Assembly (NCBI RefSeq): GCF_003334255.1
Contig: NZ_QOWU01000001.1
DNA from: Escherichia coli
GTDB taxonomy: Bacteria > Pseudomonadota > Gammaproteobacteria > Enterobacterales > Enterobacteriaceae
DNA length: 64,000 nucleotides
Strand: one strand, 5' to 3'
Part shown: in pieces, positions 44,271 through 61,839 of the stretch
Position numbering within the stretch: the first letter of the stretch is position 1
Layout of the letters: each line of letters starts with the position of its first letter
Program-made: the position numbers and the translations under genes
Notes under the pieces: generated by a model
Databases searched by the model: none
Told to the model about the DNA's origin: nothing
Seen by the model: only the letters and a program-made list of their open reading frames with translations

Positions 44271-44648
44271 ATGATCAATTCGCCCCGAGTGTGTATTCAG
44301 GTTCAAAGCGTCTACATTGAGGCTCAATCTTCACCTGATAATGAACGTTACGTTTTTGCTTATACCGTAACCATACGCAATCTGGGGCGAGCGCCAGTGC
44401 AGTTGTTGGGGCGTTACTGGCTGATCACCAATGGCAATGGCCGTGAAACCGAAGTCCAGGGCGAAGGAGTGGTTGGCGTCCAGCCACTTATCGCGCCTGG
44501 CGAAGAGTACCAGTACACCAGCGGTGCAATCATTGAAACCCCGCTGGGCACCATGCAGGGTCACTACGAAATGATCGATGAAAATGGCGTCCCTTTCAGC
44601 ATCGACATTCCCGTATTCCGACTCGCCGTTCCCACACTCATTCATTAA
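44271..44648 (+). CDS. apaG: ApaG (DUF525 protein)
   Basis: ORF track ORF 44217..44648; canonical start [19 protein letters not shown] at 44271 (125 aa). Confidence 0.93.
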   Translation: MINSPRVCIQVQSVYIEAQSSPDNERYVFAYTVTIRNLGRAPVQLLGRYWLITNGNGRETEVQGEGVVGVQPLIAPGEEYQYTSGAIIETPLGTMQGHYEMIDENGVPFSIDIPVFRLAVPTLIH

Positions 44649-44654
44649 AAGAAT

Positions 44655-45497
44655 ATGGCGACATACCTTATTGGCGACGTTCATGGTTGTTACGATGAAC
44701 TGATCGCATTGCTGCATAAAGTAGAATTTACCCCTGGGAAAGATACCCTCTGGCTGACGGGCGATCTGGTCGCGCGCGGGCCGGGTTCGCTGGATGTTCT
44801 GCGCTATGTGAAATCCTTAGGCGACAGCGTACGTCTGGTGCTGGGCAATCACGATCTGCATCTGCTGGCGGTATTTGCCGGGATCAGCCGCAATAAACCG
44901 AAAGATCGCCTGACACCGCTGCTGGAAGCGCCGGATGCCGACGAGCTGCTTAACTGGCTGCGGCGCCAGCCTCTGCTGCAAATCGACGAAGAGAAAAAGC
45001 TGGTGATGGCCCACGCAGGGATCACGCCGCAGTGGGATCTGCAGACCGCCAAAGAGTGCGCACGCGATGTAGAAGCGGTGCTATCGAGTGACTCCTATCC
45101 CTTCTTTCTTGATGCCATGTACGGCGATATGCCAAATAACTGGTCACCGGAATTGCGGGGGCTGGGAAGACTGCGTTTTATCACCAACGCTTTTACCCGT
45201 ATGCGTTTTTGCTTCCCGAACGGTCAACTGGATATGTACAGCAAAGAATCGCCGGAAGAGGCCCCTGCCCCACTGAAACCGTGGTTTGCGATTCCTGGCC
45301 CTGTCGCTGAAGAATACAGCATCGCCTTTGGTCACTGGGCATCGCTGGAGGGCAAAGGTACGCCGGAAGGTATATACGCGCTGGATACCGGCTGCTGCTG
45401 GGGTGGTACATTAACCTGCCTGCGCTGGGAAGATAAACAGTATTTTGTCCAGCCGTCGAACCGGCATAAGGATTTGGGCGAAGCGGCGGCGTCTTAA
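44655..45497 (+). CDS. apaH: Diadenosine tetraphosphatase ApaH
   Basis: ORF track 280 aa [20 protein letters not shown]; metallophosphatase motifs. Confidence 0.96.
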
Positions 45498-45517
45498 ACA
45501 CAGCCTGATATAGGAAG

Positions 45518-45553
45518 GCCGGATAAGACGCGACCGGCGTCGCATCCGGCGCT
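45518..45553. repeat. REP element between convergent apaH and folA
   Basis: GGCCGGATAAGACGCGACCGGCGTCGCATCCGGCGC. Confidence 0.75.
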
Positions 45554-45574
45554 AGCCGTAAATTCTATACAAAA

Positions 45575-48100
<2,526 letters not shown>

Positions 48101-48108
<8 letters not shown>

Positions 48109-48631
48109 GATGGGCCTCCTGCCATTCCAGCGGACGTTGCTTATAGTGACGCGCCTGCCCTTCGAGGGTTTCGTCGTCACAAATAAAGGTGCAGTGCATG
48201 GCAAACGGTGGCAGCCAGTTCAGCCCGCAGTAGATTGCCGTCGCCTGTAGCGGCTGCGACAGCACATCAAAGCCCGGATGCGCACCAATTTCAAAATGGC
48301 TTTCCCCGCCGCCGGTCGTCACCGCCCACAGCAAATGTTTGCCATGCAGCGCCTTGCCGCCGTGACCGTAAGCCCAGCCGTGCGACAAAACTTTATCGAT
48401 CCAAAGTTTAAGAAGCGGAGGAATGCTGTACCACTGCATCGGATGCTGCCAGACGATCAGATCGGCGCGAGACAGCGCCTCCTGCTCGGCGGCAATATCG
48501 ATATTGAAGTCAGGATAGAGTTGATAAAGAGAGCGAATTTCGACGCCTTCCAGCGTCCTTGCCTGTTCAAGCATCCGTTTATTCGCATGGGAATGATGCG
48601 GATACGGATGCGCATAAATTATAAGAATCAT
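48101..48631 (-). CDS. kefF: KefC ancillary flavoprotein KefF (quinone oxidoreductase)
   Basis: ORF track 176 aa [20 protein letters not shown]; 8-bp overlap with kefC. Confidence 0.95.
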
Positions 48632-48738
48632 AGGTAGCCCGCGTGATTACGCCTTTGTTTTCCCACAAAGTGTAGTCATATATTCACGCGGCTTATAGTC
48701 AATAATATTGATTCAGAAAAGAGAGAAATCTGAACAAT

Positions 48739-50070
48739 TTACCCCATTCTCTGCCCGCGGATCGTCATATTGCTGGTCTGCGCCAGTGACATCCCTCGAG
48801 TCTCCGGGGCAAACGCTACGGAAATCAACAAGCCAAACAGCGAGATACCCGCCCCCATTAGCATCGTGTTACTGATACCGTAATTATTGATAAAGATCGG
48901 TAGTGCCCAGGTCGAAACAATGGTGCCAATACGACTTAAGGACATAATCACGCCCACGGCAGAGGCGCGGATATCTGTCGGGAAGAGTTCATTAGGATAG
49001 AGCCACTGCAAATTACCCGGCCCGCCAGAGAAAAAGGCATACACCGCAAAGGCCATCACTACCAGCCAGATCCCCATATCCGGGATTAGCCCCAAAACCG
49101 CCAGCGCCAGCGTCATCATGGCAAAGCTGCCAATCAACAATGGACGCCGTCCGGCAGTGTTTAACCACAGCATCGGCGGAATACAGCCGAGCATAAAGAA
49201 CAGGCTAATCACCACATTCCCTAGTGCCGCGTTTTTGCCAACCCCCAATCCCAACAAACCAACGATTTGCGGGCCAAAGGTGTAAATGGCGAACATTGGG
49301 ATCACCTGGCAGGTCCAGATGGCGGCAACAAACAGAACAAAAGGAAAATGGCGGCGATTAAACAGATCGCGAAAACGGGTTTGCTGCGGCTGCTCTTCAT
49401 CGAAAGCCACCGGTTCGCCAAACAGTTTGATCATCATCTCTTCGCACTCTTTTACTCGCCCTTTGCGTAATAACCAGCGGGGAGATTCAGGCAGTTCGAA
49501 TCGACCAATCAAAATCAACAAACAGGGGATCGCCGCGCTACCCAGCATCCAGCGCCAGCCGCCTTCCACATCATAAAGCCAGTAGCCGACCAGATCGGCA
49601 CAGGTCGCGCCGACATACCACATCGCGGCAATAAAGCTGATGGAAAACGCCCGCTGACGGGTACTGGAGAACTCGGTGATCATTGAGGTGGCGATGGGAT
49701 AATCTGCACCGATGACAATGCCGATAAGTACCCGCATCACCAACAGTTCGACGGGGGATGAAACAAACATCGTCGCCACCGATATCACGCCGATGGCGAT
49801 GATATCAATGAGGAACATTTTGCGCCGTCCGACTTTATCGGAAATATAACCAAACAGCGATGTGCCAACGAACAGCCCGGCGAGCGTTCCCGCGCCCAGC
49901 AAGCCAATCCAGTCAGCGTCCAGTTTCAGCGCCGGCGTCAGTTGCTCCAGCGCCACGCCAATCATTACCAGTACATAACCATCCAGAAACGGACCACCGC
50001 TTCCCCACAGCAAAATGCGGCGGTGAATAGAGGAGAATTTGAGATCGTCAAAGTTTCTGGACGGTTGCAT
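48739..50070 (-). CDS. yaaU: MFS-family transporter YaaU
   Basis: ORF track 443 aa MQPSRNFDDLKFSSIHRRILLWGSGG..., multi-TM. Confidence 0.92.
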   Translation of the reverse strand: MQPSRNFDDLKFSSIHRRILLWGSGGPFLDGYVLVMIGVALEQLTPALKLDADWIGLLGAGTLAGLFVGTSLFGYISDKVGRRKMFLIDIIAIGVISVATMFVSSPVELLVMRVLIGIVIGADYPIATSMITEFSSTRQRAFSISFIAAMWYVGATCADLVGYWLYDVEGGWRWMLGSAAIPCLLILIGRFELPESPRWLLRKGRVKECEEMMIKLFGEPVAFDEEQPQQTRFRDLFNRRHFPFVLFVAAIWTCQVIPMFAIYTFGPQIVGLLGLGVGKNAALGNVVISLFFMLGCIPPMLWLNTAGRRPLLIGSFAMMTLALAVLGLIPDMGIWLVVMAFAVYAFFSGGPGNLQWLYPNELFPTDIRASAVGVIMSLSRIGTIVSTWALPIFINNYGISNTMLMGAGISLFGLLISVAFAPETRGMSLAQTSNMTIRGQRMG

Positions 50071-50127
50071 GGGTTATTCCTGTTTTTTGCAATGAGAGTC
50101 AGTGCGGCGTTACGTATCAAACCAACA

Positions 50128-50415
50128 TCAGCCGTAACGGAACTCCACACCAAAGGTGCCGCGCGGGTATTCCCACTGTTCCAGCGCCGACCCCAGCCCC
50201 AGAATGCGACAGGTGCCGCACTCCAGACATCCGGCGTAATCGAAGCGCACACTGCCGTCATCCTGCTTCTTGTACAGACCTGCGGGGCACGCTTTCACCA
50301 GCAGCTCCAGCGCCTGTTTATCAGCATCGGCCTTCACAACAATGTGCGGATGCTCTTCATCGACATTGAATTTATTGACGCCCAGTTTGACGTCCACATT
50401 GACGGGAGAAGTCAT
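50128..50415 (-). CDS. fixX: Ferredoxin-like protein FixX
   Basis: ORF track 95 aa with Cys cluster (CLECGTC). Confidence 0.94.
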   Translation of the reverse strand: MTSPVNVDVKLGVNKFNVDEEHPHIVVKADADKQALELLVKACPAGLYKKQDDGSVRFDYAGCLECGTCRILGLGSALEQWEYPRGTFGVEFRYG

Positions 50416-51698
50416 AAAACGGTCACTCCTTTCATGCCATCCTTGATTAGATTGATGAAGCCCACTTTCTTGCCGTGGCGGAGGATTTTCTTGCGCATCA
50501 GTTCCGGCGCGCTGCCATCAATGGTGAACAGGTCACGCGCCACACCCACCGCCAGCTCCGGGTAGCCGCTAAACATGCGTGGGTTATCAAGGAACGCCGG
50601 TAGTTTCTGGTACATACGCATATCGCGCAGCGGACCACTCTCAAGATGCTGACGATATTCCGCCAGTTTTTGCTTACTGAAATCGTCGCTTTTCATCGCT
50701 GAAAGCACGGTTTTTGCTGCGGCTTCCCCGGCGGCAATCGCCAGATCCATACCGCGAATGGTAAAACCGAGGTTCATACACATTCCGGCGGCATCACCGG
50801 CAATCAATACGCCGTCACCAACCAACTCCGGCAGCATGTTGATGCCTGCTTCCGGCACTACGTGAGCGGAATATTCCACCAGCTTGCCGCCCGCGATCAG
50901 CGGTGCAACGGCCGGATGCTGTTTGAAATCTTCCAGCATTTGCGGCACCGATTTTTTCGCGTCATGCAGATGATGCAAACCACAAACCAGCCCCAGCGAC
51001 AGGGTGTTTTCATTGGTATAAAGGAAGCCGCCGCCCATCAGGCCATCGGTGGGTGATCCCGCAAACAGGCAAGCCGCCCCCTGATTACCCTGCAACTGAA
51101 AACGGTCTTCAATAACCGACTTCGGTAACTCGATCAGTTCCTTCACGCCAACCGCCACATCCGTCGGTTTGACGCGTTTTGCCATCCCCAATTTTTCGGC
51201 AAGGATGGAGTTCACCCCATCAGCAAGGATCACCGTTTTCGCTTCAATCACATCGCCATCGGCTTCTACACCGACGACTTTGCCATCGCGCTGTACGAGG
51301 TTATCGACGCGGATCCCGGTAATTAACTGCGCGCCCGCTTCTTCGGCCTGCTCCATCAGCCAGGCATCAAATTTACTGCGCAAAACGGAGTAAGAACGCT
51401 GGGATGGCGAGGTTTCGTCACCATTGCAGTAGTCCATAGTCATCGCTGACTTTTCCGTCATAAACGCGAGTTTTTCATGGGTGATCAGGCGTTCTACGGG
51501 GGCGGAGTCGGCGAAACCAGGAATAATGTGTTCCAGACTGTGGGCATAGAGACGCCCGCCGGTGACGTTCTTGGCACCTGCGGAATTGCCACGCTCGATA
51601 ACTAACACTTGCGCACCTTCGCGGGCGAGCACCAGTGCGGCAACCGAACCGGCAAGCCCTGCACCGACGATGATGGCGTCAAAGATATCTTCGGACAT
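50412..51698 (-). CDS. fixC: Electron-transfer flavoprotein-quinone oxidoreductase FixC
   Basis: ORF track 428 aa MSEDIFDAIIVGAGLAGSVAAL (FAD fingerprint). Confidence 0.95.
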   Translation of the reverse strand: MSEDIFDAIIVGAGLAGSVAALVLAREGAQVLVIERGNSAGAKNVTGGRLYAHSLEHIIPGFADSAPVERLITHEKLAFMTEKSAMTMDYCNGDETSPSQRSYSVLRSKFDAWLMEQAEEAGAQLITGIRVDNLVQRDGKVVGVEADGDVIEAKTVILADGVNSILAEKLGMAKRVKPTDVAVGVKELIELPKSVIEDRFQLQGNQGAACLFAGSPTDGLMGGGFLYTNENTLSLGLVCGLHHLHDAKKSVPQMLEDFKQHPAVAPLIAGGKLVEYSAHVVPEAGINMLPELVGDGVLIAGDAAGMCMNLGFTIRGMDLAIAAGEAAAKTVLSAMKSDDFSKQKLAEYRQHLESGPLRDMRMYQKLPAFLDNPRMFSGYPELAVGVARDLFTIDGSAPELMRKKILRHGKKVGFINLIKDGMKGVTVL

Positions 51699-51748
51699 AA
51701 GAGCTCCCTGTCAGCGGCAGGGCCAAAATGCAGCCCTGCCAGAGTGGA

Positions 51749-52690
51749 TCAACGCGCTAAAGCTGCGGTCAGCGCCGGAAGGATCTTCACGGCGTCGCCA
51801 ACAATGCCGTAATCCGCGTACTGGAAGATCGGCGCATTTTTATCTTTATTGATGGCGAAAATGGTTTGCGACGCGTTAGCGCCAACCATGTGCTGGATCT
51901 GCCCGGAGATCCCCACCGCCAGGTACAGTTCAGGTTTCAGCATCAGGTTGGAGATACCGACATAGCGTTCGTGCTCCATCCATTTTTCGTTTTCCGCCAC
52001 CGGACGAGAACAGGCCAACTCCGCACCTATCGCCTTGCAAAGCTGTTCTGCCAGCGCAATGTTCTCTTTGCTGCCAATACCGCGACCGACGCTGACCACC
52101 AGACGGGCTTTGTCGAGATCGACGCTGTTGCTCTGGCGCGCCTGGGTTGCCGTGCGGGTAATCGCCACAGCCGGAGCCTGCCACTCCACGGTGTGCGTTT
52201 CGCCAGTGCGTGACGCGTCTGGCTGAGCCGCATCGAACGTGCCGCTGCTGATGGTCAGTACCGCATACGGCGTGGCAATGCGTTCTTCGCCAATCGCCAG
52301 ACCACCGTAAACCATGTGTTTCACTGTCGCTTTACCGTCCTGTACGCTGACGGTGCTGGCATCGTTAGACACCGCCGCTTTAAGGCGATAACCCAGTTTT
52401 GCCGCCAGTAATTTGCCGCGACGGGTGTTTGGCAGCAGCACCAGGCCGTCTGCGCCGTGCTGGCGAATAGTGTCAGCCATGACACCGGCGTAATCTTCGA
52501 TCATCCGATCGTCCGGTTTGCCGTTTAATTTCCAGACATGATTAGCGCCGAGCTGGATTGCCTGTGCGCCGTCGGCATCATTGAGGACAAAGGTGTTGAT
52601 TTGATTAGCTAAAGCCTGCGCACCGTTCATCAGTTCCGGCAGACGAGAAGGGGTATCGCTGAATACCCAGACTTGAGAAAACGTGTTCAT
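51749..52690 (-). CDS. fixB: Electron-transfer flavoprotein alpha-subunit homologue FixB
   Basis: ORF track 313 aa [21 protein letters not shown]. Confidence 0.95.
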
Positions 52691-52704
52691 AGCATCCCCT
52701 GTAA

Positions 52705-53475
52705 TTAAATGACTTTGCGAAGATTTTCAGCAAATGCGGCGATCTGTTCTTCGCCGTCGCCTTCAATCACGATGCGCTGACGTTCGCGCTGTTTCGGCGC
52801 GGCAACCTGTTGTTCTGACCAGGCTGCCTCTGCGTTAAAACCAATATCCGCCGCCGACCATACCTGGACGGGCTTTTTCGCCGCGCCGAGAATGGCTTTC
52901 ATCGAAGGAATTTGTGGGGAGTTGATATCAGTGGAAACAGCAACAACCGCAGGCAGCGGAATGCTTAAGGTTTCGGTTTCATCTTCCAGTTCGCGCTCAA
53001 CGGTGAGGGTATCTGCCGTCAGGGAGATAATTTTGCTGACGCCGTTAACTGCCGGAATATTGAGGATTTCGCCCACCAGCAGACCAACCTGCTGGGCATA
53101 AAGGTCGGAAGAACCATCGCCACAGAGGATCAGATCAAAGCCTGCTTTCTGGGCGGCTGCAGCCAGTGCGCTCGCCGTTTGTTGCGGCAGTGCCTGCTCG
53201 AACTGGTCATCAATCACCACAATCAGTTCATCCGGGCCGCGCGATAGCACATCTTTACGCCCTTTGGCGTTGGTCAGGGCTTTACCGCCCACACTTAAGG
53301 CTGTCACCTGCGCCTCTGCTGCCTGTTGCTTTAGCTGGCAAGCCGCTTCAATAGCGTTGAGATCGTATTGGCTTATTTTGGCATCGGCTTTGCTGAAGTC
53401 TAATGAACCATCAGCATTATTGACCGCAATATCCTGTTCATCAGGCACGCACTTATAGCAAGTAATAATCTTCAT
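52705..53475 (-). CDS. fixA: Electron-transfer flavoprotein beta-subunit homologue FixA
   Basis: ORF track ORF 52705..53538; canonical start [18 protein letters not shown] at 53473-53475 (256 aa). Confidence 0.94.
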
Positions 53476-55461
<1,986 letters not shown>

Positions 55462-55491
55462 TTAACCCCCAAAATATCAAGAGGTTGAAAG

Positions 55492-56634
55492 ATGGATTTT
55501 AATTTAAATGATGAGCAGGAACTGTTTGTCGCCGGTATCCGCGAACTGATGGCCAGCGAAAACTGGGAGGCCTATTTTGCCGAGTGCGACCGTGACAGCG
55601 TCTACCCGGAACGTTTTGTCAAAGCACTGGCGGATATGGGTATCGACAGTCTGCTGATCCCTGAAGAGCACGGTGGTCTGGACGCGGGGTTTGTTACTCT
55701 CGCCGCCGTGTGGATGGAGCTGGGACGTCTGGGGGCACCAACCTATGTGCTGTACCAGTTGCCGGGCGGGTTCAACACCTTCCTGCGCGAAGGCACACAA
55801 GAGCAGATCGACAAAATTATGGCTTTCCGCGGCACCGGTAAGCAGATGTGGAACTCAGCGATTACCGAACCGGGCGCGGGCTCCGACGTGGGTAGCCTGA
55901 AAACGACTTATACCCGTAGAAATGGTAAGATTTATCTTAATGGTAGTAAGTGTTTTATTACCAGCAGCGCCTACACCCCGTACATCGTGGTGATGGCGCG
56001 CGACGGGGCTTCTCCGGACAAACCTGTCTACACCGAATGGTTTGTTGATATGAGCAAACCGGGCATCAAAGTGACCAAACTTGAAAAGCTCGGTCTGCGT
56101 ATGGATAGCTGCTGTGAAATCACCTTTGACGACGTGGAACTGGACGAGAAAGACATGTTCGGTCGGGAAGGTAACGGCTTTAACCGCGTCAAAGAAGAGT
56201 TCGACCATGAACGTTTCCTGGTAGCCCTCACCAACTACGGTACGGCGATGTGCGCCTTTGAAGATGCGGCGCGCTACGCCAATCAGCGCGTGCAGTTTGG
56301 CGAGGCTATTGGTCGTTTCCAGTTGATTCAGGAAAAATTCGCCCACATGGCGATCAAATTAAACTCCATGAAAAACATGCTGTATGAAGCAGCGTGGAAA
56401 GCAGACAACGGCACCATCACCTCTGGCGATGCAGCGATGTGCAAATACTTCTGCGCCAATGCGGCATTTGAAGTTGTGGATAGCGCAATGCAGGTGCTGG
56501 GCGGTGTCGGGATTGCGGGCAACCACCGCATCAGCCGCTTCTGGCGTGATCTGCGTGTAGACCGCGTCTCCGGGGGATCTGACGAAATGCAGATCCTGAC
56601 GCTGGGTCGTGCGGTGCTGAAGCAATACCGCTAA
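55492..56634 (+). CDS. caiA: Crotonobetainyl-CoA reductase CaiA (acyl-CoA dehydrogenase family)
   Basis: ORF track 380 aa [20 protein letters not shown]. Confidence 0.96.
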
Positions 56635-56644
56635 GTCCGTGCGC

Positions 56645-56730
56645 TGCCTGATGCGACGCTGATGCGTCTTATCAGGCCTACGGGAGCACGAATGTAGGCC
56701 GGATAAAGCGTTTACGCCGCATCCGGCAGT
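56645..56730. repeat. REP elements between caiA and caiB
   Basis: GCCTGATGCGACGCTGATGCGTCTTATCAGGCCTAC...GTAGGCCGGATAAAGCGTTTACGCCGCATCCGGCA. Confidence 0.8.
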
Positions 56731-56744
56731 CATGCGCTACATAA

Positions 56745-57980
<1,236 letters not shown>

Positions 57981-58053
57981 ACGCGTGGCGTCAGTCGGCT
58001 TGCCTGACTAGCGCCCGCCCAATAACAAACGAACAAAAATGGATAGAGGTGCA

Positions 58054-59607
58054 ATGGATATCATTGGCGGACAACATCTACGTCAAATGTGGGACGATCT
58101 TGCGGACGTTTACGGTCATAAAACGGCGCTGATTTGTGAATCCAGCGGCGGAGTCGTTAACCGGTATAGTTATCTTGAGTTAAATCAGGAGATTAACCGC
58201 ACGGCAAACCTGTTTTATACGCTGGGGATTCGCAAAGGCGACAAGGTTGCACTACATCTCGACAACTGCCCGGAATTTATCTTTTGCTGGTTCGGGCTGG
58301 CAAAAATTGGCGCGATTATGGTGCCGATTAACGCCCGCCTGTTGTGCGAGGAAAGCGCGTGGATCCTGCAAAATAGCCAGGCGTGCCTGCTGGTGACCAG
58401 TGCGCAATTCTATCCTATGTATCAACAGATTCAGCAGGAAGATGCCACTCAATTGCGGCACATTTGCCTGACAGATGTGGCACTTCCCGCTGATGATGGC
58501 GTGAGTTCGTTTACTCAACTGAAAAATCAACAACCTGCCACCTTGTGCTATGCACCGCCGCTATCGACTGACGATACGGCGGAAATTCTCTTCACCTCCG
58601 GCACCACCTCCCGACCGAAAGGTGTGGTGATTACCCATTACAACCTGCGCTTCGCTGGATATTACTCCGCCTGGCAGTGTGCACTGCGTGACGATGACGT
58701 CTACCTGACGGTAATGCCTGCGTTTCATATCGATTGCCAGTGTACTGCGGCGATGGCGGCGTTTTCTGCCGGGGCCACCTTTGTGCTGGTCGAGAAATAC
58801 AGCGCCCGCGCCTTCTGGGGACAGGTACAGAAGTACCGCGCCACCGTTACCGAATGTATTCCGATGATGATCCGTACGTTGATGGTACAGCCGCCTTCAG
58901 CGAACGATCAGCAACACCGCCTGCGGGAAGTGATGTTTTATCTCAACTTGTCGGAGCAGGAAAAAGATGCGTTTTGTGAACGCTTCGGCGTTCGCTTGCT
59001 GACGTCTTATGGGATGACGGAAACCATTGTGGGCATTATCGGCGATCGTCCTGGCGATAAACGACGCTGGCCGTCGATTGGTCGGGTGGGGTTTTGCTAC
59101 GAAGCGGAGATCCGCGACGATCACAATCGCCCGCTCCCGGCTGGTGAGATCGGTGAAATCTGCATTAAAGGCATACCTGGGAAAACCATCTTCAAAGAGT
59201 ACTTTCTCAACCCACAAGCCACTGCGAAAGTGCTGGAAGCCGATGGCTGGCTGCATACCGGCGATACCGGATACCGCGACGAAGAGGGCTTTTTTTATTT
59301 CGTCGATCGCCGCTGCAATATGATTAAACGTGGCGGCGAGAATGTCTCCTGCGTGGAGCTGGAAAATATTATCGCCGCGCACCCGAAAATTCAGGACATC
59401 GTGGTTGTGGGTATTAAAGATTCGATTCGCGATGAAGCCATCAAAGCATTTGTGGTGCTGAATGAAGGTGAAACATTGAGCGAAGAGGAATTTTTCCGCT
59501 TCTGCGAACAAAATATGGCGAAATTTAAAGTGCCCTCTTATCTGGAGATCAGAAAAGATCTGCCACGTAATTGCTCGGGGAAAATAATTAGAAAGAATCT
59601 GAAATAA
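58054..59607 (+). CDS. caiC: Crotonobetaine/carnitine-CoA ligase CaiC
   Basis: ORF track ORF 58039..59607 (522 aa); the usual annotation starts at [11 protein letters not shown] (58054, 517 aa); AMP-binding motif [10 protein letters not shown]. Confidence 0.92.
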   Translation: MDIIGGQHLRQMWDDLADVYGHKTALICESSGGVVNRYSYLELNQEINRTANLFYTLGIRKGDKVALHLDNCPEFIFCWFGLAKIGAIMVPINARLLCEESAWILQNSQACLLVTSAQFYPMYQQIQQEDATQLRHICLTDVALPADDGVSSFTQLKNQQPATLCYAPPLSTDDTAEILFTSGTTSRPKGVVITHYNLRFAGYYSAWQCALRDDDVYLTVMPAFHIDCQCTAAMAAFSAGATFVLVEKYSARAFWGQVQKYRATVTECIPMMIRTLMVQPPSANDQQHRLREVMFYLNLSEQEKDAFCERFGVRLLTSYGMTETIVGIIGDRPGDKRRWPSIGRVGFCYEAEIRDDHNRPLPAGEIGEICIKGIPGKTIFKEYFLNPQATAKVLEADGWLHTGDTGYRDEEGFFYFVDRRCNMIKRGGENVSCVELENIIAAHPKIQDIVVVGIKDSIRDEAIKAFVVLNEGETLSEEEFFRFCEQNMAKFKVPSYLEIRKDLPRNCSGKIIRKNLK

Positions 59608-59715
59608 ATGAAACAGCAGGGAACTACCCTGCCAGCTAATAATCACACTCTAAAACAATATGCATTTTTTGCAGGGATGTTGTCGTCCCTGAAAAAGCAA
59701 AAATGGAGAAAAGGA

Positions 59716-60501
59716 ATGAGTGAATCATTACATCTGACCCGCAATGGATCAATTCTGGAAATTACCCTTGATCGTCCAAAAGCGAATGCTATTGATGCAA
59801 AAACCAGCTTTGAAATGGGCGAAGTATTTCTAAATTTCCGTGACGATCCGCAATTACGTGTCGCCATTATTACCGGTGCCGGAGAGAAGTTCTTTTCCGC
59901 GGGCTGGGATTTAAAAGCGGCAGCAGAAGGCGAAGCACCGGATGCTGACTTTGGTCCGGGTGGTTTTGCGGGATTAACCGAAATTTTCAATCTCGACAAA
60001 CCGGTTATCGCAGCTGTGAACGGCTATGCCTTTGGCGGCGGCTTTGAACTGGCGCTGGCGGCAGATTTTATTGTTTGTGCCGATAACGCCAGCTTCGCCC
60101 TGCCGGAAGCCAAACTGGGCATCGTTCCTGACAGCGGCGGTGTGCTGCGTCTGCCGAAGATCCTGCCGCCTGCCATCGTCAATGAAATGGTGATGACCGG
60201 CAGACGAATGGGCGCAGAAGAGGCGCTGCGTTGGGGGATAGTCAACCGCGTGGTTAGCCAGGCGGAACTGATGGATAACGCCCGCGAACTGGCTCAGCAG
60301 CTGGTTAACAGCGCCCCGCTGGCGATTGCGGCGCTGAAAGAGATCTACCGCACCACCAGCGAAATGCCGGTAGAAGAAGCGTATCGCTATATTCGCAGCG
60401 GCGTGTTGAAACACTATCCATCGGTTCTGCATTCGGAAGATGCCATTGAAGGGCCGCTGGCGTTTGCCGAGAAGCGCGATCCGGTGTGGAAAGGACGTTA
60501 A
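59716..60501 (+). CDS. caiD: Carnitinyl-CoA dehydratase CaiD (crotonase family)
   Basis: ORF track ORF 59608..60501 (297 aa); canonical start [21 protein letters not shown] at 59716 (261 aa). Confidence 0.92.
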   Translation: MSESLHLTRNGSILEITLDRPKANAIDAKTSFEMGEVFLNFRDDPQLRVAIITGAGEKFFSAGWDLKAAAEGEAPDADFGPGGFAGLTEIFNLDKPVIAAVNGYAFGGGFELALAADFIVCADNASFALPEAKLGIVPDSGGVLRLPKILPPAIVNEMVMTGRRMGAEEALRWGIVNRVVSQAELMDNARELAQQLVNSAPLAIAALKEIYRTTSEMPVEEAYRYIRSGVLKHYPSVLHSEDAIEGPLAFAEKRDPVWKGR

Positions 60502-60506
60502 CAACC

Positions 60507-61097
60507 GTGAGCTATTACGCCTTTGAGGGGTTAATTCCGGTGGTTCACCCGACGGCGTTTGTCCATCCCAGTGCCGTCTTGATTGGCGATGTGATTGTGG
60601 GAGCCGGTGTCTACATCGGCCCACTCGCCTCACTGCGTGGTGACTACGGGCGGTTGATCGTGCAAGCGGGAGCCAATATTCAGGATGGCTGCATTATGCA
60701 TGGCTACTGCGACACTGACACTATCGTTGGGGAAAACGGCCATATCGGGCACGGAGCGATCCTGCATGGTTGTTTGATTGGTCGCGATGCATTGGTCGGG
60801 ATGAACAGCGTGATTATGGATGGCGCGGTCATTGGCGAAGAGAGCATTGTTGCCGCCATGAGCTTTGTCAAAGCGGGCTTTCGCGGCGAGAAACGCCAGT
60901 TGTTGATGGGTACGCCAGCCCGCGCTGTACGCAATGTTAGTGACGACGAGTTACACTGGAAACGGTTGAATACCAAAGAGTATCAGGATCTTGTCGGGCG
61001 CTGTCATGTATCGTTACATGAAACGCAGCCACTGAGGCAAATGGAGGAAAATCGCCCCCGTTTGCAGGGGACGACGGATGTGACGCCTAAACGGTGA
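60507..61097 (+). CDS. caiE: CaiE (hexapeptide-repeat, gamma-carbonic-anhydrase-like)
   Basis: ORF track ORF 60486..61097; canonical GTG start at 60507 ([15 protein letters not shown], 196 aa). Confidence 0.92.
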   Translation: MSYYAFEGLIPVVHPTAFVHPSAVLIGDVIVGAGVYIGPLASLRGDYGRLIVQAGANIQDGCIMHGYCDTDTIVGENGHIGHGAILHGCLIGRDALVGMNSVIMDGAVIGEESIVAAMSFVKAGFRGEKRQLLMGTPARAVRNVSDDELHWKRLNTKEYQDLVGRCHVSLHETQPLRQMEENRPRLQGTTDVTPKR

Positions 61098-61182
61098 TCT
61101 TGCCGGATGCGACCTGGTTGCTGGATAAGATGCTACAACATCGCATCTGGCAAGCAGGACGCCCGGTATCAACGAGATAAAA

Positions 61183-61578
61183 TTAACGACGCATACTCTT
61201 TGACAACATCATCTGCCACTTCTGCTCGCGGTTAAGTTCCGTGAGCGGAACGGCAGGAATACGCGGCGTCTTTCTTACACCGACTAATTTTTCCCGACTG
61301 TTATTGCGCAGGCGCGCGTAAATTTGCTCATCGATATCGACCACTTTAACCAGTCGCTGACACTGGCATCCCCGCCCTTCCAGCTTATTAGGGATCATCT
61401 TAACTTCGCAGCTTATTTCTGTGACTTCCGACAGAATATAAGTCAGGGTATTAACCGCCTTGCTGTGTTCAATATCGAAATGAATAGAGATCTCTCTTGC
61501 TATCACCCACCGATTTTCAGCCATCATCCATTCGGCGATTAACAAGTAGAGTGGTTTTTCAACATATCCTTCACACAT
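61183..61578 (-). CDS. caiF: Carnitine operon transcriptional activator CaiF
   Basis: ORF track ORF 61183..61683; canonical start MCEGYVEKPLYLLIAEWMM at 61576-61578 (131 aa). Confidence 0.93.
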   Translation of the reverse strand: MCEGYVEKPLYLLIAEWMMAENRWVIAREISIHFDIEHSKAVNTLTYILSEVTEISCEVKMIPNKLEGRGCQCQRLVKVVDIDEQIYARLRNNSREKLVGVRKTPRIPAVPLTELNREQKWQMMLSKSMRR

Positions 61579-61747
61579 ACGAACTCCAGTTTCACAAATT
61601 AAAAGTCTGGCTATGACTCGTTTTGAAGCAATTAAACAAGGCCATATTAAAATTGTGGATATATCGATAGTATGCAACTTCACCGTCGATAAGTGTGAGC
61701 TAAATCCTGCTTATGTCATCAAAAATATCGATTCCCCAAAAGATTTA

Positions 61748-61776
61748 CTTAATGGGCAAAAAAAAACGGTCCTCAT
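61748..61776 (-). terminator. carAB intrinsic terminator
   Basis: Minus strand reads CGGUUCUC UGAU GAGGACCG (8-bp stem with one G-U) followed by U9 (plus-strand A9 at 61748-61756); 64 bp past the carB stop. Confidence 0.8.
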
Positions 61777-61839
61777 CAGAGAACCGTATTAGTTATTCGA
61801 TCAAATTAGCGGATGAAAAATATCTGCCATGACACGCTA

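Noticed and set aside
50071-50127. Possible 1-bp length difference in the fixX-yaaU spacer relative to K-12 (57 bp here versus 56 as I recall)
   Set aside because: Rests only on my recollection of reference coordinates and falls in a spacer containing a T6 run; it cannot be assessed from the sequence alone and has no evident functional consequence.
59608-59715. N-terminal extensions in ORF-track ORFs (caiD 297 aa, caiC 522 aa, folA 204 aa, kefC 652 aa, leuO 373 aa, ilvI 604 aa, rsmH 356 aa, apaG 143 aa, araC 309 aa and others)
   Set aside because: The longest-ORF convention overextends upstream. In each case an internal start matching the known protein N-terminus, usually with proper spacing to the preceding gene, gives the canonical length. 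The caiC and caiD starts have historically been annotated both ways and remain slightly ambiguous.
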